From the NCBI GenBank assembly GCA_041691215.1, contig JBEPVB010000001.1:1-62087 (forward strand): a stretch of 62,087 nucleotides of DNA. The letters are read 5' to 3'. A model generated the notes under the pieces. The model was not told where the DNA came from and searched no databases. It saw nothing but the letters and a program-made list of their open reading frames with translations. The position numbers and the translations under genes are program-made. Shown piece after piece: positions 39,861 to 49,700 of this stretch (its first letter is position 1; the number at the start of each line of letters is the position of its first letter). The DNA comes from Chloroflexota bacterium. Lineage in GTDB: Bacteria > Chloroflexota > Limnocylindria > Limnocylindrales > CSP1-4.

Positions 39861-40837
39861 GGCCGGGCTCCGACCGGCTGCCCGACGACGCCCCCGCGGC
39901 CACGGCGGAAGGCGGCCCCCGACATCGATCGCCCGCCCGCGGGCTGGACCTCGAGCAGCCGGAGCCGCCCATCGGCGGTAGCGAGGGCCAGGCCGTCGCC
40001 ATCCGCGACGAGCCGGCCGGGCAGGTCCCCCGGATCGGCCTCCCCGACCAGGGCCCGCAGAACGGAGAGGCGCCCGGCCGGCGTCTCGAGCCAGGAGCCC
40101 GGCCACGGTTCGTAGGCCCGGACCTGGCGCTCGAGCTCGTTCGCGGAGCGGGCCGGATCGAGGCGGCCGTCCTCGCGCCGGAGGGGCCTGGTCAGGGTCG
40201 CGCCCGCCTCGTCCTGGGCGACCGGGACTCGCTCGCCGCGAAGGTAGGCAGGCAGCACCTCCCGAACCAGGGCCGCGCCCTCGGCCGCCGCCCGCGCCTC
40301 GAGCTTCGGCCCCGTCTCGCCTTCGCCGAGATGCCAGGATCGCGAGGCCAGCACGGGCCCGGTGTCCAGGCCGGCGTCCATGACCATGACCGAAACGCCG
40401 GCTTCGGGATCCCCGGCCAGGAGGGTCGCCGGAATCGGCGTCGCCCCGCGGTGGCGCGGCAGAAGCGATGGATGGACGTTGAGGATGCCATGCCCGGGGA
40501 TGGCCAGGATCGAGAGCGGCACGATCCGCCCGAAATCGGCCAGGACGCCGAGATCCGGCCGGAGGTCGGCGATCGCGGTCGCCGTCTCGGCAGTCCGGAT
40601 CCGCTCGGGCTGCAGGAGTGGGAGTCCCAACCGTCGCGCCTCGAGGGCGATCGGGACCGGGCTTGGCTCCCCCCGACGGCCGGCCGGCCGATCCGGGGGC
40701 GTCACGACGCCGACGACCTCGAGCGCGTCATCGGCGAGGAGGGCCCGGAGGATGGGTACGGCAAAAGTGCCCGAGCCGAGGAAGATGGTCCGGGCAGGCC
40801 GGCCGGACGCCGCCGATCGCTTCGGCGGGAGCGTCAC
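39857..40837 (-). CDS. fmt: Methionyl-tRNA formyltransferase.
   Basis: IFLGSGTFAVPIL N-terminus and the HPSLLPRHRG motif. Confidence 0.95.
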   Translation of the reverse strand: MTLPPKRSAASGRPARTIFLGSGTFAVPILRALLADDALEVVGVVTPPDRPAGRRGEPSPVPIALEARRLGLPLLQPERIRTAETATAIADLRPDLGVLADFGRIVPLSILAIPGHGILNVHPSLLPRHRGATPIPATLLAGDPEAGVSVMVMDAGLDTGPVLASRSWHLGEGETGPKLEARAAAEGAALVREVLPAYLRGERVPVAQDEAGATLTRPLRREDGRLDPARSANELERQVRAYEPWPGSWLETPAGRLSVLRALVGEADPGDLPGRLVADGDGLALATADGRLRLLEVQPAGGRSMSGAAFRRGRGGVVGQPVGARP

Positions 40838-41376
40838 GCGAGCGCGGGCGCTCGGACCCCGTCGGAGGTCGCGTCTTCCGTGTTCTCGTCCTCGTCATCG
40901 TCATCGTCGTGATGACCGACCGGCAGCAGCTCGTCCATCGATTCGAGGTAATCGATGTAGAGCTTGCCGTCGAGGTGGTCGAGCTCGTGCTGGAGGGCCC
41001 GCGACAGGAGGCCGCTGCCGGCCAGCTTGATCTTCTTGCCGAGGCGGTTCTGGGCCACGACCCAGACGTGCTCGCGGCGGGTGATGTACGCCGCGTAGCC
41101 GGGGATGGAGAGGCAGCCTTCAAGGTCCCGGTCGTCGCCGGTCGCCTTGACGATCTGGGGGTTCACCAGCTCGTGGAGCTGCCCTTCGATCTCGACCACG
41201 CAGGCGTTGAGCGGCTCGCCCAGCTGCGGCGCGGCGAGCCCGACACCGGGCGCATCGCGCATGGTCTGGGCGAGGTCGTCGAGGAGCTCATGGAGGTACT
41301 TCCCGAAGCTGTCGACGGGCAGGCCCTTGAGCCGCAGCCGCGGGTCGCCGAGCATGAGGATGGGGCGGACGCTCAT
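40834..41376 (-). CDS. def: Peptide deformylase with an acidic C-terminal tail.
   Basis: GVGLAAPQ, EGCLSIPG and HELDHL motifs. The tail reads HHDDDDDEDENTED. Confidence 0.95.
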   Translation of the reverse strand: MSVRPILMLGDPRLRLKGLPVDSFGKYLHELLDDLAQTMRDAPGVGLAAPQLGEPLNACVVEIEGQLHELVNPQIVKATGDDRDLEGCLSIPGYAAYITRREHVWVVAQNRLGKKIKLAGSGLLSRALQHELDHLDGKLYIDYLESMDELLPVGHHDDDDDEDENTEDATSDGVRAPALA

Positions 41377-41383
41377 GCTCGGC

Positions 41384-41389
41384 AGTATA
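41384..41389 (-). promoter_or_regulatory. Candidate -10 element (TATACT) placed 7 nt from the def ATG, implying a leaderless transcript.
   Basis: The minus strand reads CGCCTATACTGCCGAGCATG. No SD lies between the -10 and the ATG. Confidence 0.4.
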
Positions 41390-41413
41390 GGCGAGGGGCC
41401 CTGGGCTCAGGCC

Positions 41414-41818
41414 CTAGGAGGCGTCGTCGCTCTTCGTTCCGGCGTTCGGCTCGGTGGCTGCGCCCTTCGCGGCCTGGTCGCGACGGATGTCGGCGGCGAA
41501 GTCGCGGGACTTCTCGGCCAGCTTGCTGCCGGCCTCGGCCGTCAGCTCGGCGGCCCGAGCTGCGACGGGCCCGGCCTTGTCGCCGGCGACGGCGGCCAGC
41601 TCCGCGGCCTTGGCGCTGACCTCGCGGAGGACGGGCCCGGCCTGCTCGGTGATGTTCTCGATCATCGACTGGAGCTGGGCCAGCCACTCCCGGCCGGTAT
41701 CCCTGGTGGAGCCCCCGCCGGTCCCGCCGGTGGCGGTGTCACCGGTCCAGGCGAAGTTCTCGTCCGGGGTGGACCCGGGCTGCGGGTTGGGCGTCGGGTT
41801 CGTGCTCTCGTCGGTCAT
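41414..41818 (-). CDS. Hypothetical protein with a Gly/Thr/Pro-rich N-terminus and Ala-rich amphipathic helices.
   Basis: ATG 41818 is preceded by GAGGAGGAACCACC. The protein reads MTDESTNPTPNPQPG...AAELAAVAGDKAGPVAARAAELTAEAGSKLAEKS. I recognise no family. Confidence 0.6.
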   Translation of the reverse strand: MTDESTNPTPNPQPGSTPDENFAWTGDTATGGTGGGSTRDTGREWLAQLQSMIENITEQAGPVLREVSAKAAELAAVAGDKAGPVAARAAELTAEAGSKLAEKSRDFAADIRRDQAAKGAATEPNAGTKSDDAS

Positions 41819-41926
41819 GGTGGTTCCTCCTCGTCCGGCAGGCGGACGTCGCTGCTGTCCGCTCATTGTCGTCAGATCGGCGGGTCGTGCACGCGAAGCG
41901 TCCGGGCGACTCGTTGCAACGGCCCG

Positions 41927-44521
41927 TCAGAGGAGCGATTCGGGGTCGACATCCACCGACCAGGGCTGGCCGGGCGGCTCCCCGAGCACAAGCAGCGGGT
42001 CTCGTCCGCGCAGGACGACGATGAACCGCCAGCGATCGGCACGCCGGGCGATGTAGGCCGGCGCCGGACCGGCGATGTCGATCGGCTCGCCGAGCTCGGC
42101 TGCCCGCGAGCGGAGGCCCTCGATGAGCTTGTCGCCGGCGGCCTCGGCGGCGTCGCGGTCGGCGAGGGCGACGGTCAGCTTCACGAGCCGGCCGAAGGGC
42201 GGTGAGCCGAACCTCCGCCGAAGCTCGAGCTCGGCGTCGTAGAAGGCCGCGGGCTCGGACCGGGCCACGGCCTGGATGGCCGGATGGTCCGGCTGGTACG
42301 TCTGGAGGACGGCGTGGCCGGGCCGATCGCCTCGGCCCGCCCGCCCGACGGCCTGGGCGAGGAGCTGGTAGGTCCTTTCGGCGGCCCGTTCATCGGGCAG
42401 GTTCAGGGCCACGTCCGCCGAGACCACCCCGACGAGGGTGATCGCCGGGACGTCGATGCCCTTGGTGATGAGGCTCGTCCCGACCAGCACGTCGAGGCGG
42501 CCGTCGGCCAGGTCGTCGAGGATCCGCGTGGCCGCACCCCGCCGCTCGACGACGTCCCGGTCCAGGCGCACGATCCGGAAGTCCGGGAAGGCATCGCGCG
42601 TCTCGCGCTCCAGCCGTTCCGTCCCGCCGCCGAGGTACCGGATGCGGGCCGAACTGCAGCTCGGGCAGCGACTTGCCAGCGGAGTCGCCCGGCCGCAGTG
42701 GTGGCAGCGCAGGGTCACGCCGGCCTGGTGATAGACAAGCGGGCGGGTGCACTCGGGACATGCCTGGACCGTCCCGCAGTCGCGGCACAGGACCACCGAC
42801 GCCGAGCCCCGTCGGTTGATCACGAGGAGGGCCTGCTCGCCGGCGGCCCGATCGAGCGACCCCAGCGCGGCCAGCAGCGACCGGGAGAGCATCCCCCGAT
42901 GCCCCGCGGCCAGCTCGGCCCGGAGGTCGACGACCTCGACGGTCGGAGCCGCCCCGGACAGGCGATCAGTCAGCCGGAAGCGCCGATATTGGCCGTCACG
43001 AGCCCGTCCCTCGGACTCGACCGCCGGGGTTGCGGAACCCAGGATGACGGCTGCACCGCTCAGCGCGCCGAGGGTCATCGCCGTGTCGCGGGCCTGGAGC
43101 CGCGGCGTCCGGTCGCTCTTGTAGGCGGGATCGTGCTCCTCGTCGACGATGACCAGCCCCAGGGCCTCGACCGGAGCGAGGACGGCGAGGCGCGTCCCGA
43201 CGACGACATCGACGGCCCCGGCCCTGATTCGCCGCCATTCGTCGGCCCGCTCGCCATCCGACAGGCCGGAGTGGACGAGGCCGATCTCCGCCCCGAGCTC
43301 CGCACGAAGGCGGTCCACGAGGGGGATGGCAAGGGCGATCTCGGGGACGAGGACGATCGCCCTCCGGCCGGCCTCGAGGCAGGTCCGGATGACGGCGGCG
43401 TAGATCGCCGTCTTGCCCCCACCGGTGATGCCGTCGAGGAGGATCGGTGTCGGATCGCCGGTCGTGATAGCGACGTCGATCGCCGTGGCGGCCGCCGCCT
43501 GCTCGGCGCTGAGGGCTGCGGCGGCGGGCAACGCTCCCCGGCGGCCCGGGGCACGGCCGGCGAGCGGCCGTCGCGGCGCCTCAGTGACATCGACGCGGAC
43601 GAGGCCCCGACCGAGCAGCCCACCGAGGACGGAGCTGCCGTGCGAGGCCCCGAGCTCCGGGGCGGGGATCCCAGCCGACCCGGCCCGCTCGAGGTCGTCG
43701 AGGGCGGCCACCTGGCGAGGACCCAGCCGGCGGGCCGCGCCGGTCCCCCGCTCCACGGGCGCGACGAGCCGCACGATCCTTACCCAGCGGGGCCCGGCTC
43801 CGGCGTCGATGAGCGTCCAGTCGAGGTCGATGATCCCTCCCGCCCGCAGCGCCCGGAGCCGGCGGAGGAGGCCCGCCCGACCCTCCGGGGCAGGCAGGCG
43901 ACGGACCGCCCGGGGGCCGGCACCGAGGTGCGAGAGGATGGCCTCGTCATCCCGGTCCAGGGGCGGGTACCGGTCCGGCAGGCGGTCGGCATCCGGGACC
44001 GAGCCGGCCTCGGGTCGGCCCCCCGGCTCCGACTCGGGCCGTCGCTCCGCCACGAGCTCCAGGCGCTCGAGGAGGCCCGGCGGCAGCATCGCCCGGAGCA
44101 CGAGGGCCGGCGGCGCGAGATAGGTCGCGGCGATCGCGCGCGCCAGGGCCATCGAGGACGGCGGCAGGAGCGGCCCATCGGCCCGGACCCGTTCGACGAT
44201 CGGCTTGGTCGCGTAGATCTCGTCGGCCGCGCCGGGCCCGAGGACGATTCCGAGCGCCTGCCGCCGACCGAACTCCACCAGGACGGCCTCGCCCTCGGCG
44301 AGCGGCTCGAAGCGAGCCGGGACGCGGTACGTGAACGCATGCAGGCCGGCGGCTCCGGCCGCGTCGATGGCGACCGCCACCCGTCGCTCGGCGGCGGGGT
44401 CGGACTCGGGGGTATCGCCGCCCGTTGCGCCCTCGACGGCACCGAGCTCGTCGGGCTCGGCAAGGTCGGCGGCGGCCGGATCGGAGAGCCCGAGCTGCCC
44501 CTGGTCCGGCGCGGCGGTCAT
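41927..44521 (-). CDS. priA: Primosomal protein N' (PriA helicase).
   Basis: GITGGGKT Walker A, DEEHD box and the Cys-rich zinc region CRDCGTVQACPECTRPLVYH...CHHCG. Confidence 0.93.
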   Translation of the reverse strand: MTAAPDQGQLGLSDPAAADLAEPDELGAVEGATGGDTPESDPAAERRVAVAIDAAGAAGLHAFTYRVPARFEPLAEGEAVLVEFGRRQALGIVLGPGAADEIYATKPIVERVRADGPLLPPSSMALARAIAATYLAPPALVLRAMLPPGLLERLELVAERRPESEPGGRPEAGSVPDADRLPDRYPPLDRDDEAILSHLGAGPRAVRRLPAPEGRAGLLRRLRALRAGGIIDLDWTLIDAGAGPRWVRIVRLVAPVERGTGAARRLGPRQVAALDDLERAGSAGIPAPELGASHGSSVLGGLLGRGLVRVDVTEAPRRPLAGRAPGRRGALPAAAALSAEQAAAATAIDVAITTGDPTPILLDGITGGGKTAIYAAVIRTCLEAGRRAIVLVPEIALAIPLVDRLRAELGAEIGLVHSGLSDGERADEWRRIRAGAVDVVVGTRLAVLAPVEALGLVIVDEEHDPAYKSDRTPRLQARDTAMTLGALSGAAVILGSATPAVESEGRARDGQYRRFRLTDRLSGAAPTVEVVDLRAELAAGHRGMLSRSLLAALGSLDRAAGEQALLVINRRGSASVVLCRDCGTVQACPECTRPLVYHQAGVTLRCHHCGRATPLASRCPSCSSARIRYLGGGTERLERETRDAFPDFRIVRLDRDVVERRGAATRILDDLADGRLDVLVGTSLITKGIDVPAITLVGVVSADVALNLPDERAAERTYQLLAQAVGRAGRGDRPGHAVLQTYQPDHPAIQAVARSEPAAFYDAELELRRRFGSPPFGRLVKLTVALADRDAAEAAGDKLIEGLRSRAAELGEPIDIAGPAPAYIARRADRWRFIVVLRGRDPLLVLGEPPGQPWSVDVDPESLL

Positions 44522-44533
44522 GCCGGTCGGTCG

Positions 44534-45220
44534 CTAGATCCGCGTCCGGCGATCCGGATTGGCGGCCTTCTCGACGGCGATGATCTCCTGGATCCGGGCC
44601 GCCGTCCGTCCGATCTCATCGGTCTCGTTGACCACGACGTGGTCGTAGTCCTCCTGACGAGCGATCTCGAGGGCGGCGTTCCGCTGGCGGATGTCGAGCT
44701 CGTCGGCCGACTCGGTCGCCCGTGCCTGGAGGCGCTGGAAGAGATCTTCCAGGGACGGCGGGACGAGGAAGATCAGGAGTGCGTCGGGAACGCGCTGCTT
44801 GACCTCCGCGGCGCCCTGGACGTCGATCTTGAGGATCACGTCGTGGCCGGCCTGGAGGGCATCCCGGACGTCGTTCCGGGGCGTGCCATACCAGTTGCCG
44901 TGGACCTCGTTCGCCTCGAGGAGCTCGCCCGCCTCGCGCAGGGCGCCGAACGCCTCGGCGGTCAGGAAGCGGTAGTGGACGCCATCGCGCTCGTAGGGCC
45001 GGCGGGGGCGCGTGGTGCAGGTCACGACGTAGTGGAAATCCGGGTTGCGTGGCGCGTTGCGGAGGGCCTCGATGACGCTGTCCTTGCCGACGCCCGAAGG
45101 GCCGGAGACGATGACCAGGATCGCCCCGGGGTGGCCGAGGTCCTGGCCCTCGGCCACTCGGTCGTGGCGACGCGAGCGGCCTTCGGCCGGGGCGCCCTCG
45201 CGGGCCTCCTCGGCGTTCAT
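44534..45220 (-). CDS. gmk: Guanylate kinase (N-terminal extension of about 30 aa).
   Basis: IVSGPSGVGKDS P-loop. Confidence 0.92.
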   Translation of the reverse strand: MNAEEAREGAPAEGRSRRHDRVAEGQDLGHPGAILVIVSGPSGVGKDSVIEALRNAPRNPDFHYVVTCTTRPRRPYERDGVHYRFLTAEAFGALREAGELLEANEVHGNWYGTPRNDVRDALQAGHDVILKIDVQGAAEVKQRVPDALLIFLVPPSLEDLFQRLQARATESADELDIRQRNAALEIARQEDYDHVVVNETDEIGRTAARIQEIIAVEKAANPDRRTRI

Positions 45221-46170
45221 GCCACGACCACCCGCAGCCGGGCGAGCACGTCCTCGAGCTCCGCGGGCAGCGGCGCGGTGGCCCGGATGAGCTCGCCCCG
45301 TGACGGCGACGTCAGCTCCAGGCGCCAGGCATGGAGGAAGAGCCGGGCGAGGCCGCTGGGCCCGCGCGACGACGTCCCGGTGCCATAGACCGGGTCACCG
45401 GCAACCGGATGGCCGATGGCGTCGAGATGGACCCGGATCTGGTGCGTCCGGCCGGTCACGAGGTCGAGCTCCAGGAGCGTCCAGCCATCGAAGCGCTCCC
45501 GGACCCGATAGCCGGTGGTGGCCGCCCGGCCGTCCGGGACCACCGCCATCCGGGTCCGGTGCCGGGGATCCCGCCCGATCGGGGCCTCGATCCGTCCGAC
45601 GGCCGCGGCGACCGCCCCCTGGACCAGGGCGAGGTAGGTCTTCTTGACCCGGCGGGCCTTGAGCTGGGCCATGAGCCCCTGCTGGGCAAGGTCGGTGCGG
45701 GCAACCATGAGGAGGCCGCTCGTGTCGCGATCCAGGCGATGGACGATGCCCGGCCGGCGGACCCCGGCAATGCCGCCGAAGGTCTCGGGTCCACCGAGGC
45801 CAAGGAGCGCGTTGACCATGGTTCCGTCGGCATGGCCCGGGGCAGGATGAACGACCAGGCCCGCGGGCTTGTTGACGATGAGCAGGTCCTCGTCCTCATA
45901 GATGATCGGGATCTCGATCTCGGGCTGGGCCAGGGGCTCGGCCGCGATCGGCGTCGGGACGTCCAGGCGAAGCTCGCTGCCCGGCTCCACCAGGGAGTTC
46001 GCCCGGAGCGTTCGATCCCCGGTCGTGAGCCGGCCGTCGGTGATGAGCTTCTGGACGTGGCTCCTCGAGAGGCCAGTCCGATCTGCCACGTAGCGGTCCA
46101 CCCGCGTCGCGCCCGCGTCGAGGGGCACGGCCAGAACGTGGACGCCGGGGGCGCCGCCGACCTCAGGCAC
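45217..46170 (-). CDS. rluD: RluA-family 23S rRNA pseudouridine synthase (RluD-like).
   Basis: S4-like N-terminus (RVDRYVADRTGLSRSHVQKLI) and the catalytic HRLDRDTSGLLMVA motif. Confidence 0.9.
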   Translation of the reverse strand: MPEVGGAPGVHVLAVPLDAGATRVDRYVADRTGLSRSHVQKLITDGRLTTGDRTLRANSLVEPGSELRLDVPTPIAAEPLAQPEIEIPIIYEDEDLLIVNKPAGLVVHPAPGHADGTMVNALLGLGGPETFGGIAGVRRPGIVHRLDRDTSGLLMVARTDLAQQGLMAQLKARRVKKTYLALVQGAVAAAVGRIEAPIGRDPRHRTRMAVVPDGRAATTGYRVRERFDGWTLLELDLVTGRTHQIRVHLDAIGHPVAGDPVYGTGTSSRGPSGLARLFLHAWRLELTSPSRGELIRATAPLPAELEDVLARLRVVVA

Positions 46171-46723
46171 CGTCGGCTCCGGGGTCGCGTTCGGCAGGTG
46201 GCACGTCCGATGCCCGGCCGGTTACGGACCCCTGGCCCCGTCCCGCGGTCAGGGACGGCCAGATGGCGAGGGCGATGAGGAGCACGATCGCGAGGCTGAT
46301 GCAGGCGTCCCCGACATTGAACGTGTAGAAGCGGAGGCTGCCGATCCCGCCGTCGACGAAATCGACCACGTGACCGAGGCGGACGCGATCGAAGGCATTG
46401 CCGATCGCCCCGCCAAGGAGGAGGCCCAGCGTCAGGGTCATGTAGGGGCTCCGCCCGGACCGCGCGTGGAGGCCCAAGAGGACGGCGATCACTCCGATGC
46501 TCAGCACGGCGAAGATCGCCACCTGGCCGCGAAAAAGGCCGAAGACGGCCCCGTTGTTCTCGCTGTAGATGAGCCGCAGCGCGCCGTCCAGGACGCTGAT
46601 CGTCCGACCCCCGGCCAGCTCGGCGGTGATCCAGGCCTTTGTGGCCTGATCGATGACCACGACCGCAGCAACGAGGGCAACGAAGGGGCCCCACAGCGGT
46701 CGTCCCCCCGGGGTCTGGCTCAT
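46163..46723 (-). CDS. lspA: Lipoprotein signal peptidase II.
   Basis: NNGAVFGLF and FNVGDACISL motifs. The ATG at 46723 overlaps the ileS stop (ATGA). The remainder of track ORF 46163..47347 lies inside ileS. Confidence 0.9.
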   Translation of the reverse strand: MSQTPGGRPLWGPFVALVAAVVVIDQATKAWITAELAGGRTISVLDGALRLIYSENNGAVFGLFRGQVAIFAVLSIGVIAVLLGLHARSGRSPYMTLTLGLLLGGAIGNAFDRVRLGHVVDFVDGGIGSLRFYTFNVGDACISLAIVLLIALAIWPSLTAGRGQGSVTGRASDVPPAERDPGADGA

Positions 46724-49700
46724 GCCCCCGACCGACCTGCGTCGGGATGCCGCCGGAGGGCGATCGTGGCCGGACCGGCTTCGAGGCTCACGGTCCCGGT
46801 CGTGGCGCCCGGTGGCGGCTCGGGCAGCAGGTCGGCCAAGGTCGCCTCGGCCACGCCTCCCAGGTGCCCCGCGACGGCCGGCGCCAGCCCTTCGACATGG
46901 AGTTCGATGCGGTCGTCGAGGGCCAGGCCGGCCTCCTTGCGGAGATCCTGGATGGCCCGCTGGAGCTCGCGGGCATCGCCTTCGGCCCGCAGGTCGTCGG
47001 TCAGCCCGGTGTCGATGACGACGAGGAGCCCGTCGTCGTGGGCGACGACCGTCCCGGGCCGAGGCGTGGCCAGGATCTCGACCTCGTCGGGCGCCAGAAT
47101 CACCCCCGCCAGCTCGACCGAGCCGTCGGGCCGGATCGCGACGGATCCCTCGCGGGCGGCCGCCATCACGGCCGGAATCTGGGCGCCGAGCCGCTTCCCG
47201 ACCTTCGGCAGGAGGACCTTGACCCGCCGCTCGACGAGGGTCGACTCGTCGTCGATCACCTCGACATGGCGGACGTTGACCTCCTCGGCGATGAGGGCCA
47301 CGAGGGCGTCGAGCTCGTGGATGTCGCCCCCGGGCAGGGCCACCCACAGCCGTGCCAACGGCTGGCGGACCTTCAAGCCGGCGGTTCCCCGGAGCGTCCG
47401 GGCCAGGTCGACCGCGCGCCGAGCGACCGCCATGGCGTTCTCGAGGCGTTCGTCCCGGAACGGCGCGAGCTCCGCCGTCGGGAAGCGGGTCAGGTGGACC
47501 GAGTGGGGCGCCCCTGCGTCCGTGCCTGTCACGAGGTTCCCGTAAAGCTCCTCGGCCAGGAACGGCAGGATCGGCGCCGCGACGCGGGCGACGGTCACGA
47601 GGGCGGCGTGCAGGGTCGCGAAGGCCGCCCCCCGATCGGCGCCGCCGCCGCGCGAGAAGCGCCGCCGGGACAGGCGCACGTACCAGGTCGAGATGTCGTC
47701 GATGAAGGTCTCGATCAGGCGCGTCGCCCCGAGGGCGTCAAAGTCGGCCAGGCGGTCGTGGGCGCCGGCCGCCAGCGCTGCGCTCCGGGAGAGGATCCAG
47801 CGGTCCATCGGCGAGCGCTCGGCCGGTGGCGGGTCGCCGACCCCGGGCTGCCAGTCGACGAGCCGGGCGTAGGTGATGAAGAAGGCATACACGTTCCAAA
47901 GCACGAGCAGCCGCCGGCGGGCCTCGTCGGCTGTGTGCCAACCGAAGAGGATGTTGTCGTCCGGGCGGGCCGACATGTAGAGCCAGCGCATGACGTCGAC
48001 GCCCATCCGCTCGGCCGCCTCGTCGAACTCGATGGCGTTGCCCCAGCTCTTGTGCATCGGCCGGCCATCCTCGCCGAAGAGCGTGGCGTAGCCGAAGATC
48101 GTCTTGAACGGCGCCTGCCGGCGCAGGACCGTCGACATCGCCAGCATCGCGTAGAACCAGTTGCGGAACTGGCCGGGGAAGCTCTCGGTGATGAAGTCGG
48201 CCGGGAACCAGTTCTTCCAGAACTCCGGATCCTCGCGGAAGTGGAGCGTCGAGAAGGGCACGATGCCCGCGTCCAGCCACGGGTTGCCGACGTCGGGGAT
48301 CCGGCGTGACCGCCCGCCGCAGGCGCGGCACTTGATGGTCACCTCGTCGATGTAGGGCCGATGCGGGGTGTGGCCCGCGAAGGAATCCCAGCCCTCGACG
48401 GCCCGCTCGCCGAGGTCGTCGTGGCCGCTGATGACGTCGAATGTTCCACACTCGTTGCAGACCCAGATGGGCAGGGCCAGCCCCCAGTAGCGCTTCTTGC
48501 TGATCATCCAGTCGTGCATGTTCAGGAGCCAGTCGAGCTCCCGCTCATAGCCGAAGCCGGGGATCCACCGAATCTGGTCGACGACCTCCATGATCTGGTA
48601 GCGGAGGCTCCGGTCGACCTGCTCCCTGGTGAGCGTCTCCCGGGGCTGGTCGTAGACCTCGCCCATGCTGATGTACCACTCGTCGACCAGACGGAAGACC
48701 AGGGCCGTGCCGCACCGCCAGCAGTGCGGGTAGCGATGGCGGTAGGTCTCGAGGCGCTCGAAGCGGCCCTCGCGGTGGAGATGCTCGACGATCGGCTCGG
48801 TCACGTCCCGGACGTCGCGGCCGCTCAGGGCGCCGAAGCCGTCCAGGAAGATGCCCGACTCGTCGAGGGGGGCGATGATCGGCAGGCCGAGCGACTTGCC
48901 CAGGACGAAGTCCTCTGCGCCGCAGCCGGGCGCGATGTGGACGATGCCGGTGCCCTCATCCTCCCCCACCTCGTCCCAGGCCACCACCCGGTGGACGTAC
49001 GGCGCGTCCGGTTCGTCGCGGGTGCCTTTCGCGAATGCGGCTTCGACTGCCGGGAGATCGTCGAAGGGGCCCGCGTAGCCCCAGCCGACCAGGTCCGTGC
49101 CGGGCCGCTCCTCGAGGACCTCGAACGAACCCTGGAGGGCCGTCCTGAGGGTTCCCTTGCTGAGCCACAGGAGGTCCTCGCCCCGCCGGACCTTGACATA
49201 CGTGAGCCGTGGCCCGACCGCGGCCGCAACGTTGGAGGTGAGCGTCCAGGGCGTCGTCGTCCAGACCAGCAGCGACTCGCCCGGGCGATCGATCAGGGGC
49301 AGGCGGACCGTCAGGCCGGGATCGTCGCGGTCCTGGTAGCCCTCGGTCATCTCGTGCTGGCTGATGCCGGTCCCGCAGCGGGCGCACCAGGGCATGGTGT
49401 CGTGGCCCTTGTAGATCCAGCCTCGTCGATGGCACTCGGCAAGGAAGCCCCAGATCAGGTCGTTGTTCTCGTTGCTGAAGGTGAAGTAGCTGCCTCCGAA
49501 GTCGGGCATCCCGAGCCGCCCGACGAGCATCTCGACGGTGTCCGTGACGGGTCCGTTGGGCCCCTGGGTCGTGGCGACCTGGGTCGGATCGGCGGCCAGC
49601 AGGTCGCGCAGGCGTCGGAGCTCGTCAGGATCGTTCCAGTCCATCCAGTAGCCGAGTCGGATCGACTGCTCGGTCTGGCGGGCGGCGAAGGTCAGGACAC

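Noticed and set aside
44522-44533. Missing rpoZ between gmk and priA.
   Set aside because: The gap is only 12 nt, so no gene is hidden there. rpoZ is presumably elsewhere, and an absence within one window carries no information.
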